Origin: Candidatus Pacearchaeota archaeon
Lineage (GTDB): Archaea; Nanobdellota; Nanobdellia; Pacearchaeales; GW2011-AR1
Assembly (NCBI GenBank): GCA_018303825.1
Contig: JAGVXK010000011.1
Span: forward strand, 1-34,942
Length of the DNA: 34,942 bases
Direction of reading: 5' to 3'
The first letter of the stretch is position 1. Every line of letters starts with the position of its first letter. Under the pieces are notes generated by a model, which had not been told where the DNA came from, made no database searches, and saw only the letters and a list, made by a program, of their open reading frames with translations. A program made the position numbers and the translations under genes. Shown one piece after another: positions 1 to 9,676 of the stretch.

Positions 1-57
1 CTATTAATTAGTTACGTCAATTAGAAACATTTATAAATTAAGGTAAACAATAAAAAT

Positions 58-612
58 ATGAATGATTTGGTAAAAGCGTTACGTGATTTGGCACAAATAC
101 CTTTAGCTCCAGCAAGAATTATTGGAAGCATGGCGCTGGAATCCTTCAGAAGGGGAGGAAAAAAGACAAAGATGGTGACAACTGGAGGTTTAGTTACTCT
201 AATAGGATTGGGAATGTATGCTTGTTCTAGAGGATGTTCCCCTACAAGAGTAGAATATCCCTCGGAATATCCCGTAAGAAAGCTGGAAGTCCGGGGACAT
301 GGAATGAACCTTATTTATACAGATAAAGAAAATGCCCTTGCAAATCAAGACGAATCATTCTTTATGGGAGTTCATGGTAACAATATAACTAATAAGTTTC
401 AAATAGTAGTTCGTGATTCAAATGGCAACCCAAGGCTGTCTGATTCTGAATTAACAACCGAAGAAAAAAGGAATCTTGCTTCCAAGTATGCCTATTTTAT
501 AGCACCAAGAATTGAAGAGAGAAAGTTAATTGTATTAAAAGCGAAGCAGCCATCTCACGGAGTGATTGACTCTAATGTGCCTATTCCGGTCTTTATTGAT
601 GAGATTTGGTAA
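58..612 (+). CDS. Hypothetical protein with one hydrophobic segment
   Basis: 184-aa ORF preceded by a BRE/TATA-like GAAACATTTATAAAT (~25-39); hydrophobic stretch GGLVTLIGLGMYAC; no family recognised. Confidence 0.7.
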   Translation: MNDLVKALRDLAQIPLAPARIIGSMALESFRRGGKKTKMVTTGGLVTLIGLGMYACSRGCSPTRVEYPSEYPVRKLEVRGHGMNLIYTDKENALANQDESFFMGVHGNNITNKFQIVVRDSNGNPRLSDSELTTEEKRNLASKYAYFIAPRIEERKLIVLKAKQPSHGVIDSNVPIPVFIDEIW

Positions 613-735
613 GAAGACCATCGCTACGGGGACATAGACAAAATAAGAGAAATTATAATTGATTTCTCAAAATAATATGTTAATTCCTCAGTTTAAAGGA
701 GTAATGTTTAAATATCCCATATTCTTATTCAATAG

Positions 736-1461
736 ATGGTAAAGGGGGTTATGATTGACAGGTGTCCTACAGGCATAGCTGGTTTTGACGAGTTATGCCA
801 AGGCGGCTTAGTAAGAAATTCTGTCAATGTTCTTCTTGGCGGCCCGGGATCTGGAAAAACAATATTCTTAATGCAATTCTTATACAATGGTGTTACAAAA
901 TACAATGAAAATGGAGTTTATCTCTCATTCGAGCCTGATGTGATTGAGCTGTTCAAAGATGCAGCTGCTCTTGGATGGGATATGGAAAAACTTGATGCAA
1001 AGGGCCAATGCAGATTCGTAAGGATTTCTCCAGATTCAGATGTAAATGAAATAAAGAGAGACCTCACGGCAGCCATGGCAAAATATGATATAAGAAGAAT
1101 TTGCCTGGACCCTGTTTCACTATTTGCATCAACTGAAGCAAATGAATCAAAAATAAGAAAAATGCTTTATGACTTATCTTCAACTTTGAAAAGACTTGGA
1201 GCTACAGTCTTGATGTCTGACGAAACCGCAACGACAGATACTGAAGAAGTTGGAATTGCGGGCACAACCGCAAAATCGCAATATATTAAATTCTTAGTTG
1301 ATGGAGTCATTGACCTTTATTCATCCGGGCTTGGCGGAGTCTCGGATAGAGCAGTTAGAATAAGCAAGATGAGAAGAACAAACCATTCAAGAGGGCCAAT
1401 TCCAATGTCAATAACAGACGATGGAATCACGATAGTCAAAGGCAAGAAAGGCGTTCTTTAA
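736..1461 (+). CDS. KaiC/RAD55-like single-domain RecA-fold ATPase
   Basis: N-terminal PTGIAGFDELCQGG, Walker A GGPGSGKT, Walker B RICLD, C-terminal ISKMRRTNH typical of archaeal KaiC-like proteins. Confidence 0.9.
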   Translation: MVKGVMIDRCPTGIAGFDELCQGGLVRNSVNVLLGGPGSGKTIFLMQFLYNGVTKYNENGVYLSFEPDVIELFKDAAALGWDMEKLDAKGQCRFVRISPDSDVNEIKRDLTAAMAKYDIRRICLDPVSLFASTEANESKIRKMLYDLSSTLKRLGATVLMSDETATTDTEEVGIAGTTAKSQYIKFLVDGVIDLYSSGLGGVSDRAVRISKMRRTNHSRGPIPMSITDDGITIVKGKKGVL

Positions 1462-1589
1462 ACAGTAAAAGAGCAGTATATCTAACAACCCATTTAATTG
1501 TTCTGTATCCAAAATCTATAGATAAGTTCATAACCATTTTAATAATATTTTCACTATAATAAATCCAACAGACTTAAAAGCTATATTTA

Positions 1590-2579
1590 TTGAATATATT
1601 TATGAGATATGAAATGAAACCGCTCTTTGAAGAAAGGCTTAGGAAATTAATGCCAAATGAAGAAGACTTCCAGGCATTTGATAAAATAGTTCACACTGGT
1701 CCGAGAAATTTCATTAGGTGCAATACTTTGAAAATTTCTCCTGAAGAATTAATGAGAAGATTAAAAGAAAAATGGGATGTAATTCAGCCCTATTCAGAAT
1801 ACCCTGAAATAATACTGATAAACCAAGACTTACTGCCAGGAGAATTGGGAAACTCAAGAGAGCATATTCTGGGCTATTATTATGTGCAGGAAGTTTGTTC
1901 AATGATGTCTGCCCTGGCTCTTAATGCTCAGCGAGGGGATTTTGTCCTTGACCTCTGTGCAAGTCCTGGAAGCAAGACAACACAAATAGCCTCTTCGATG
2001 CAAAACTCCGGAACTTTAATTGCGAATGACTTGAAAATGGACAGGATAGCCATTTTAGCTTCAAATCTTGAAAAAGCCAGTGTAACTAACTCTGTTGTCA
2101 CAAGAAATGATGCAATTCAATTATGCTCAAAACTCTCCAAATCAGAATTTAAATTTGACAAAATACTTCTTGATGCTCCCTGTTCTGGAGAAGGCACTCT
2201 TCGTTCATCACCAAAGACATTTTTAATGTGGAATCCAAAAATGATAGACAAATTATCGAGACAGCAAAAGAAAATGCTTGCTTACGCATTGAAATGCCTC
2301 AAAGTTGGAGGAACTCTTGTCTACAGCACATGCACTCATGCTCCGGAAGAAAATGAATCTGTGATGGATTTTGCATTAAAGAATTTCCCAGTTAAAATAG
2401 AAGAAATTAAATTACCTTTAAAGACACGTCATGGAATAATAGAATGGAATAATGAAGTGTATGATAAAGATGTTGCGAAAGCCCATAGGATTTACCCCCA
2501 GGATAATGATAGTGAGGGCTTCTTTTTGTGCAAGATGACTTTGTTGGATGAAATTAAAGACAAAGGAGAAAGAAAATGA
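1590..2579 (+). CDS. RsmB/NOP2 (NOL1/Sun) family RNA m5C methyltransferase
   Basis: DLCASPGSKT SAM motif, LLDAPCSGEG (motif IV Cys), YSTCT (motif VI Cys). True start probably ATG 1602 or 1614. Confidence 0.95.
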   Translation: MNIFMRYEMKPLFEERLRKLMPNEEDFQAFDKIVHTGPRNFIRCNTLKISPEELMRRLKEKWDVIQPYSEYPEIILINQDLLPGELGNSREHILGYYYVQEVCSMMSALALNAQRGDFVLDLCASPGSKTTQIASSMQNSGTLIANDLKMDRIAILASNLEKASVTNSVVTRNDAIQLCSKLSKSEFKFDKILLDAPCSGEGTLRSSPKTFLMWNPKMIDKLSRQQKKMLAYALKCLKVGGTLVYSTCTHAPEENESVMDFALKNFPVKIEEIKLPLKTRHGIIEWNNEVYDKDVAKAHRIYPQDNDSEGFFLCKMTLLDEIKDKGERK

Positions 2580-3031
2580 ACATCCAATTCATAAAATCAA
2601 AAGAAAAACAACAGATTGCCGGACAGTTAAATGAGGACTTCGGCATATCAGAACTTAATTATCTGTTGATAGAGTCTGGAAAAGAAAAAATCCGGGGCTT
2701 CTCAGGAAGTTTGTCAAAAGAAGAAATAATGAAACTAGGAAAGTTGGCAAACATTGAACTTATAGGTGCATATTTAATAAAAAAAGAATCTAAAACTGAT
2801 TTAAGATTGAGCTTTGATGCGTGTATTATATTAAAAGACCAGATAACAAAAAACATTGTTGAAATTGATGATGAAAAATTCAATTCCTGGATTAGGGGAA
2901 ATGACATAGAAGTTTCAGGAATAAGTGGGAATCCAATTGTAAAATACAAAGAGGATTTTTTTGGCTGCGGAAAAAGTAATGGAATAAAGATTTTTAATTA
3001 TGTCCCGAAAGACAGAAGACTGAGAAAGTGA
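2576..3031 (+). CDS. Nip7/PUA-like partner of the m5C methyltransferase (RsmF C-terminal-like)
   Basis: ATGA overlap with the methyltransferase; LRLSFDA...WIRGNDI...FFGCGK...NYVPKDRR resembles the Nip7/RsmF C-terminal PUA region. Confidence 0.7.
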   Translation: MNIQFIKSKEKQQIAGQLNEDFGISELNYLLIESGKEKIRGFSGSLSKEEIMKLGKLANIELIGAYLIKKESKTDLRLSFDACIILKDQITKNIVEIDDEKFNSWIRGNDIEVSGISGNPIVKYKEDFFGCGKSNGIKIFNYVPKDRRLRK

Positions 3032-3084
3032 CTAATCTCTAAAAATACAATAATATTAATAAACTGCCATATTTTGCTTAAACC

Positions 3085-3461
3085 ATGCCGTACAAGCCAA
3101 GATATGCCAAAGGAGAAATCCTTGTTGTATTTAGAAAATCTACCAACGAGCAATTTGCCGGAGAATTTGGGGAAAGAATAGGATGCAAACTAAGCAAAGA
3201 AGAATATAAACATGGTGATAATGCCTTTGTTTATTTGACGCAGAAAAAAGAAGAAAAAAAGCAATAAAAAAATTTAATTCTCTCAAAGATTTTATTGATT
3301 GGGCAGATTTCAGAGATATTAAGATGGGAGCAAGATGGGAAAAATTGGAAGAAATTGTCTTTCTATTACAAAATTTAAGTGATGATGTTGCACTTTCAAA
3401 CAGAACCTACAAAGCAAAATTACAGGAAATAATCCAAATGTGTGAGAAAGCAAAAAAATAA
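3085..3461 (+). CDS. Frameshifted ~125-aa hypothetical protein (60-aa ORF plus -1 frame continuation); N-terminus resembles a subtilase pro-domain
   Basis: ORF 3085-3267 ends after A AAA AAG CAA TAA; the -1 frame from 3261 (AIKKFNSLKDFIDWADFRDIK...CEKAKK) stays open to TAA 3459-3461. YAKGEILVVFR resembles S8 pro-domain starts. Confidence 0.55.
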
Positions 3462-3497
3462 TAAAAAGTTTAAATATTGATAAATATATCAATCAAG

Positions 3498-3893
3498 ATG
3501 AAAAAAATTCCAAAACTTGAGCATCTGCTAAAAGAAATTGATAGGGATATAAATGAAAGAAGAAAATCACCAGTCCTTGAGTTTTTGATAGAATTGGGAG
3601 AGCTATGCAAGAATCAGAAAAATAATGAGCTTGCAATAGAATATGGCAAAAAATATCAAGCATTGCTGACAAAATATCATGAAACTTTTACTGCTGCCAA
3701 TAAAAATGCCCTGACAAAAAAAGAAGAGATAAAAAAATACGGCGAGAATACCTACAAAAGAATGGAAAAACACATTCAAGGTATAACTCAATCTTATGAT
3801 AAGGATGGACAAATAAGAATTCCAATTTCTGATCTGGAATGTGCTTATAGAGAAGCCACTGGGGAAAGAACGAACATTGGGGAATGGGATTAA
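3498..3893 (+). CDS. Hypothetical helical protein
   Basis: ORF track 3477-3893; first ATG at 3498; Lys/Glu-rich composition typical of this genome. Confidence 0.65.
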   Translation: MKKIPKLEHLLKEIDRDINERRKSPVLEFLIELGELCKNQKNNELAIEYGKKYQALLTKYHETFTAANKNALTKKEEIKKYGENTYKRMEKHIQGITQSYDKDGQIRIPISDLECAYREATGERTNIGEWD

Positions 3894-4196
3894 AAAAAAG
3901 AATCAGAAAAAGATTATTAAACATCGGGAACTACAATGTATTATGATCAACCCCAAACTAAGGAGGGCATTATCTACATATAAATAGAGTGCCATTTGAA
4001 GAGCTGTATAGATTATGCAGGCCGTGTGCAGAGGTTCCATCAAGAGAAGTCTATCCCTACAAGCCTCTGCCAAAACGAGGTTCATTCGGAAACCAGGCAC
4101 CAAGAGATTCCACCCCAAATATCCGAGAACGCTGAATGAATGCCTAATTAAAGGTTGCAAGCAAAACTATTAATATCATCACTTCCACCGCATTTT

Positions 4197-4583
4197 ATGG
4201 AAAAACTAAAAAGAGGGGGATATTTCTTCAACCCGGACAATTCTCCTGCCGATGCGATTCATGATTCGATGAAACCTGGAGCAAGAGCGGGAAATGAATT
4301 CGTTGATAATGTAATGGATACAATAAAAAAACGAATAGAAAAATTGAGACCAGAAATAAGAAAAAATGTGGGATATCTTAGAATTTATATTGACCTAATA
4401 ATCAGAACAAAATCCAAATCTGAAAAAAATATTGAAAATACGCTGGACGGTCTCCTAGAATATATGAATTTTGGAGAAGGAGAAAAAGAATTTAAAAGAT
4501 TATTAAATTATTACAGAAAGGTTTCAAATGAAAGATATCAATTCTATAAAAGAGAATATGACTCATTTAAAAAGATGGGGTGA
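4197..4583 (+). CDS. Hypothetical protein
   Basis: ORF track 4155-4583 (TTG); first ATG at 4197; protein-like composition. Confidence 0.65.
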   Translation: MEKLKRGGYFFNPDNSPADAIHDSMKPGARAGNEFVDNVMDTIKKRIEKLRPEIRKNVGYLRIYIDLIIRTKSKSEKNIENTLDGLLEYMNFGEGEKEFKRLLNYYRKVSNERYQFYKREYDSFKKMG

Positions 4584-4809
4584 AGAACCCCAAGGCAAGA
4601 CCTTAGGGCATCGGAAAACAAAAACCTTGTTATCTCATGGAACAACTTATCTTCATTTAACATAAGATAATACTTTGGTTAAACTATTTTTATTTTTAAT
4701 ATTTATTTCCTGCCTTGTCTTATCCCCCGGGCAAGACCTATGATTATAAAGCAGAATAAATAGATATCAGTTTCATAATCTATTTAAACAAAAATTACAT
4801 ACGTTTTTA

Positions 4810-5127
4810 ATGGAAGAGGAAAGATATTACTTATTAGTTCATGAAAATCCAGAGATAGACGCAGACATTGAGTCAAGAATGCGTGATCTTCTCTCCCAGT
4901 ATGAAAGACCAGAAGTAAAGAATGAACTGATAACTTCAAGAATTATTAGGGGTTATGAAAAAAGATTAAGAGTTGCACACATAAGTATTAAAGATAACGA
5001 CCTTGGCAAATTGATTGATGAAATAACCAACCTAGGAGTTCAAAAATTGGAAATATCCAAAATGCCATTTTCTGATAAATACTTGCACAGCCTTCTTGAG
5101 GAAAGAGGATGCTGCTGCAGAGAATAA
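4810..5127 (+). CDS. Hypothetical protein ending in GCCCRE
   Basis: 105-aa ORF downstream of TTTAAAC promoter-like sequence. Confidence 0.65.
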   Translation: MEEERYYLLVHENPEIDADIESRMRDLLSQYERPEVKNELITSRIIRGYEKRLRVAHISIKDNDLGKLIDEITNLGVQKLEISKMPFSDKYLHSLLEERGCCCRE

Positions 5128-5168
5128 ATTAAGAAAGGCTTTAAAACCCTCAAATCTATTTCTCATTC

Positions 5169-5238
5169 ATGACAGAAAATAAACTTTACAAAGGTTTAGG
5201 AAAGCAAGGATTTTGCTTAGAAGCAAAATGACAGAAAA
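5169..5238 (+). repeat. 59-bp unit flanked by an 11-bp direct repeat (ATGACAGAAAA); encodes a 20-aa uORF (5169-5231) overlapping the map start
   Basis: ATGACAGAAAA at 5169-5179 and 5228-5238; uORF MTENKLYKGLGKQGFCLEAK stops at TGA 5229-5231; contains AAAGCAAGGATTTT, also found in the 12.6-kb repeat. Confidence 0.75.
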
Positions 5239-6280
5239 ACATTATGGCGGAGCAAGCAGCCATGGACTAAAAAAAGATATCAATAAAACATCAAGCCAGA
5301 CTGCAGGTGTTGATAATAAAAAGAAAGCTGATGAAATAACTAAAGCCAATGCAGAAGAAAAGGTAATGGACAGAGGAAGGCATGATGAAATTGAAGATTA
5401 TAATGATTATGTAAAAGCAGGAAAGATAGCTTCTGAAATTGTGAAATACGCAAAGTCAATAATAAAACTAGGAGTGAAATTGCTTGAAATTGCTGAAAAA
5501 ATAGATTCAAAAATCCTGGAGTTAAGGGCAAAACCAGCATTTCCAGTAAATCTTAGCATTAATGAAATAGCTGCGCATGATACTCCAAGTTTTAATGATG
5601 AAAGAACTGCTTCAGGATTGTTAAAAGTTGACATTGGTGTACAGATAGACGGATGCACAGCAGACACTTCTTTTTCTGTTGATTTGGAAAACAATGAAGA
5701 AAATAAAAAACTCATTCAGGCAGCAGAATCGGGGTTAAAAGCCGCGATAGAAAAGATAAACCTCGGGGTTCAAACAAGTGAAATTGGAAAAGCAATTGAA
5801 AATGCAATAAAATCCTTTAATTTCGTGCCAATACATAATCTATCAGGGCATTTAATTGAAAAATATGACTTGCATGCGGGAATTACAATTCCGAATTATG
5901 ATAACTCTCAAGAAATTCAAATAGAATCTGGAGTTTATGCAATAGAGCCCTTCTCTACTGATGGTCTTGGAAATGTCCGAGATGGCAAGCCATCTGGAAT
6001 TTACAGATTAGACAAACCCGGAAGTGTGAGAGATAATTTTGCCCGTGAAGTCCTTTCATTTATCGTAGAAGAATACCAATCTCTGCCATTCTGTTCAAGA
6101 TGGATTTACAAAAAATTTTCTTCCCGTGGATTGCTTGCTCTCAGACAGATAGAAGCTGCGGGAATTTTGCATCAATATCCTCAACTAGTTGAATCTGGAA
6201 AAGGAAAAGTCGCGCAGGCAGAACACACAGTTATAATAACAAAAAAAGACAAAGTAGTCACAACATTATATTCCAATTAA
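5228..6280 (+). CDS. map: Methionine aminopeptidase type II
   Basis: Metal ligands in VDIGV, TADT, SGH, AIEPF, AEHT; type II insertion. Alternative start ATG 5366. Confidence 0.95.
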   Translation: MTEKHYGGASSHGLKKDINKTSSQTAGVDNKKKADEITKANAEEKVMDRGRHDEIEDYNDYVKAGKIASEIVKYAKSIIKLGVKLLEIAEKIDSKILELRAKPAFPVNLSINEIAAHDTPSFNDERTASGLLKVDIGVQIDGCTADTSFSVDLENNEENKKLIQAAESGLKAAIEKINLGVQTSEIGKAIENAIKSFNFVPIHNLSGHLIEKYDLHAGITIPNYDNSQEIQIESGVYAIEPFSTDGLGNVRDGKPSGIYRLDKPGSVRDNFAREVLSFIVEEYQSLPFCSRWIYKKFSSRGLLALRQIEAAGILHQYPQLVESGKGKVAQAEHTVIITKKDKVVTTLYSN

Positions 6281-6431
6281 TCATGCTCTTCATCAGTTAT
6301 CTGTATTGTTGCTTAGATATAAACTATCATATAAAAATATAAAACATTATAAATAAAACAACAAGTTGAATAATATCAAGCATCAATGTCAAATCTTGTT
6401 CTCGCCTAATAATTTTGTGATTCCGTATTAC

Positions 6432-7931
6432 TTATTGTATTTTATAACTACCCCAGGAAGTGACATTAAATTTAACCTTTCCCGCATTTAATGAGGTAAA
6501 GTTATAGCAATCCGTACATACCACTCCGCTCTTGTAAATTCTCGGGTTAATCATAGTTGTAGGCAAACCATATAATGTAATATTGGCAGCTGAATTTATC
6601 TTGCCAACTGGGAATGCCTGTGAGTTAACCTCGGCAAAATTGCTGGACAACGTCAAATTAATTCCCAATCCTAAATTTCCTTTAAATGTTAAATTACCTA
6701 AGAAGCTGGCATCTGTCCATCTTATCTCCCCGTAAGAATTATTGTAAACCAGATAATTAGTGTTGATACCGTCATATGAAAGAATCGAATAAAAAGGATT
6801 ATTTAGAATCTGATTATTTAATAATGTATTATTCACGCTCGTACGAACAAGCTGGATACCAAAATAATTGTTTGATTCTATTACGTTATTTGCTATCAGG
6901 CTGTTATTTGAACCTAATTCAATAACAATGCCTGTGTTCGTGGTCTTTATTGCATTGTTCGTGACAAAATTATTATTTGAACCCAGGACAAGATAGACCC
7001 CGATGTCCCCGCCGTTCTTAAACGTATTATTATCTATGAGATTATTCCGGCTGCTGTCTACATAAATCCCGTCTGCATCCCCTTCCATTATATTATTGTG
7101 CATAGTATTGTTATTAGATCTGAATTGGATACGAATCCCGCCATTTCCATTGAAAGAAATGTTATTATTTATTATCCTATTGTTGCTCGCATCTATGTAA
7201 AGATAAATTCCATGATGGTTGCCGGTAGATGAAATGTTGCTTATAATGTTATTAGAACTTCGTGTCAATAAAATTCCTGTAGAACCCCATATGAAGTTGC
7301 CTACTCCTTGGGTGCTACTAAATTCCGTTATAAGCCCGTTCCTTATTGTTATAGAATTATAGCCATTTGCGTAAACACCATAACCAGGATTATCATCGAG
7401 ACCGCTCCCGCGGATAGTGAACCCATTCAAATCGAGGATTACATTATTTGCCTGGATAGTCAAGCAAGTTCCATTTGTTGAAACATCATTTTGTAATTTG
7501 TAATAGCCTGGCTGGCTAATAACCCCGCACGAATTAATTCCAATGGCGGGAGAAGGAACAATGATGGTTCCAGAAATCCATTTCAATGGATAATTTCCTG
7601 TATCTGCACAAATATAATTTCCTCCGCTGTTTGCAAGATAAACTGCTCTTGTCACATAATCTATATTAACATTAGAATAACTTCCGCAATTAGTTTTCCA
7701 GCAGGAAACATAATTATTAGCTTCATTTGTATCGATAATTCCGTTGTTATTTAAATCAGCAGGATTAAAATCGCATCCTGCACTTCCAGGAGCAATTACA
7801 TTTCCAGTTAAATTAAGCTTGCCAATATTCCTGGAAAATGATACAACAACCATTAGAATAATTAAGAGCATTAAAAATAAAAATGTCCCTGTCTTGTTAT
7901 ATTTTCTTGTGTTTCCCTCTTTTTGTTTCAT
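6432..7931 (-). CDS. Secreted/anchored parallel beta-helix (NosD/CASH, pectin-lyase-like) protein
   Basis: N-terminal hydrophobic helix, EF-hand/dockerin-like DLNNNGIIDTNE, repeated GIYL..SNNN.I.NN.I units. Confidence 0.85.
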   Translation of the reverse strand: MKQKEGNTRKYNKTGTFLFLMLLIILMVVVSFSRNIGKLNLTGNVIAPGSAGCDFNPADLNNNGIIDTNEANNYVSCWKTNCGSYSNVNIDYVTRAVYLANSGGNYICADTGNYPLKWISGTIIVPSPAIGINSCGVISQPGYYKLQNDVSTNGTCLTIQANNVILDLNGFTIRGSGLDDNPGYGVYANGYNSITIRNGLITEFSSTQGVGNFIWGSTGILLTRSSNNIISNISSTGNHHGIYLYIDASNNRIINNNISFNGNGGIRIQFRSNNNTMHNNIMEGDADGIYVDSSRNNLIDNNTFKNGGDIGVYLVLGSNNNFVTNNAIKTTNTGIVIELGSNNSLIANNVIESNNYFGIQLVRTSVNNTLLNNQILNNPFYSILSYDGINTNYLVYNNSYGEIRWTDASFLGNLTFKGNLGLGINLTLSSNFAEVNSQAFPVGKINSAANITLYGLPTTMINPRIYKSGVVCTDCYNFTSLNAGKVKFNVTSWGSYKIQ

Positions 7932-7947
7932 GATATTTGAATGTCAA

Positions 7948-9528
7948 TCAACAACCCCCAATAATTTTTCTTAATATCCTGCAGTTGATAGTAACATCTT
8001 CATTGTTTGAATAAGATGACTCGCCGTTTAAATTATAAGCTTTTATCCTATACCTATAGCTATTTCCATTAACAACTAAATTATCAGTATATGCAACTGC
8101 ATTAGCAGCAGGGATTGCAATCTGAACAAAAGTGCCAACAACTCTATTCACTCCCTTTCCAATTCCACTAATAGGGGCTCTTTCTAACTTGAATCCTTGC
8201 TCATCAACAGCATTATCTACCCATGTTAATTGAATGGATGTAGTTGAAGTTGGGCTTCCAGCCAAATTGCTGGGAGCACTTGGAGCACTTGCTGTAGTTG
8301 AGACAGAATAGACGTTGCTATAAACTGAACTTCCAGCGCCGTTCAGGGCTTTTATCCTATAATAGTATGTTGTTCCCGGAGTTAAACCAGAGTCAACATA
8401 CAAAACTGTATTTAAAGCCAATGTAACAACTGTTGTCCATGGTCCCGTACTTGATAATGCTCTCTCCAATACAAAATTGTCTTCATTATTTGAATTATCA
8501 TTCCAGGCAAGGCTAATACTATTGCTTATTGAACTTGTAGATCTTAAGTTGCTGGGAGCACTTGGAATTGTTAAAACTGCACTAACTGTTAATATAAATG
8601 AACTATTTCTTGATACTGTTCCGTTTGTTGCACTGACAACAATTGTGCTTGTTCCTGTCGGAGTGGTTGCTGAAGTAAATATTGTTAGTGTTGTTGAACA
8701 GGTAGGACTGCATGAAATAAAAGAGAATGAAGCTGTTGCCCCCGTAGGCAGTCCTGAAGCGCTAAAACTGACTGCCTGTGTTGCTGCTCCTGAAACCAAA
8801 TTTGCAGTTATTAAATTCTGCGCATTCCCTCCCTGAACTGCACTCTTATCCCCGGAATTTACCAGCGAAAAATCAAACGAGGATGTACCAAGACTAAAGT
8901 TTGCTCTTACACTCTTATCCGTGTCCATTATTAAGTTGCACGCCCCAGTTCCCAGACATGCGCCAATCCATCCTGCAAAGAAATATCCGCTTGAAGGAGT
9001 AGCCAATAAGCTTACACTACTAGTAAAATCATAATTAGCACTACATGTTATTCCACAACTTATTCTCCCATCAGTGGAATTTACTGCTCCAGAACCAATT
9101 CTGCTGACGCTCAACGTATGATGCTGAGTCACCCTCAGACCTATTGCGCTGTTGCTACCTATCGCGCTGCTTGAACCCTCCCAGCTGACCATTCCAGAAA
9201 AAGTTCTCGTTTGAGTTTCAGATGCTGGAGGAATAGCACTATAACTTATTAACGAAGAAGCATAATATGGACCGCATCTCAAAATATTATTTCCCACAAG
9301 CGAACAAACTGCAGGGTAATTTGTAACCACCCAATTCGTAGGGGCAGTCTCTTCAAATAAATATACTACTGTAGAAGGATCTTTTGTAAAAGACAATGTA
9401 ACAGGAACAGCAACCCCGGGCGTATAAGTGCTTGGGAGAGTTCTGTCAGCACTGTTAATCGCAGAAACAAAACCAATCACAAATATAAAAAGAAAAACAA
9501 ATACAACCACAACCTCTCTTTTAACCAT
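7948..9528 (-). CDS. Secreted surface protein with an InlB B-repeat-like domain and two fibronectin type III domains
   Basis: Signal peptide; ATPSSGYFFAGWIGAC repeat; two FN3 motifs (PSAPSNL...LAW.DNS.NE...YYYRIKA.N). Confidence 0.85.
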   Translation of the reverse strand: MVKREVVVVFVFLFIFVIGFVSAINSADRTLPSTYTPGVAVPVTLSFTKDPSTVVYLFEETAPTNWVVTNYPAVCSLVGNNILRCGPYYASSLISYSAIPPASETQTRTFSGMVSWEGSSSAIGSNSAIGLRVTQHHTLSVSRIGSGAVNSTDGRISCGITCSANYDFTSSVSLLATPSSGYFFAGWIGACLGTGACNLIMDTDKSVRANFSLGTSSFDFSLVNSGDKSAVQGGNAQNLITANLVSGAATQAVSFSASGLPTGATASFSFISCSPTCSTTLTIFTSATTPTGTSTIVVSATNGTVSRNSSFILTVSAVLTIPSAPSNLRSTSSISNSISLAWNDNSNNEDNFVLERALSSTGPWTTVVTLALNTVLYVDSGLTPGTTYYYRIKALNGAGSSVYSNVYSVSTTASAPSAPSNLAGSPTSTTSIQLTWVDNAVDEQGFKLERAPISGIGKGVNRVVGTFVQIAIPAANAVAYTDNLVVNGNSYRYRIKAYNLNGESSYSNNEDVTINCRILRKIIGGC

Positions 9529-9676
9529 TTATTATCCTATTTTCTGCGCCTTATAAATATTTCTGCGATATGCTCGATATTTTATGTCTTAAAATATGAA
9601 TTCAATAAAAATCTCGGTTTTATAGAAATTCATAAGAACCTTGTCTTCCTTTTATAGGAATTTTAGAACCTTGGTT

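Noticed and set aside
3903-4160. 85-aa ORF on the - strand
   Set aside because: Atypical composition, opposite to all neighbours, no motif.
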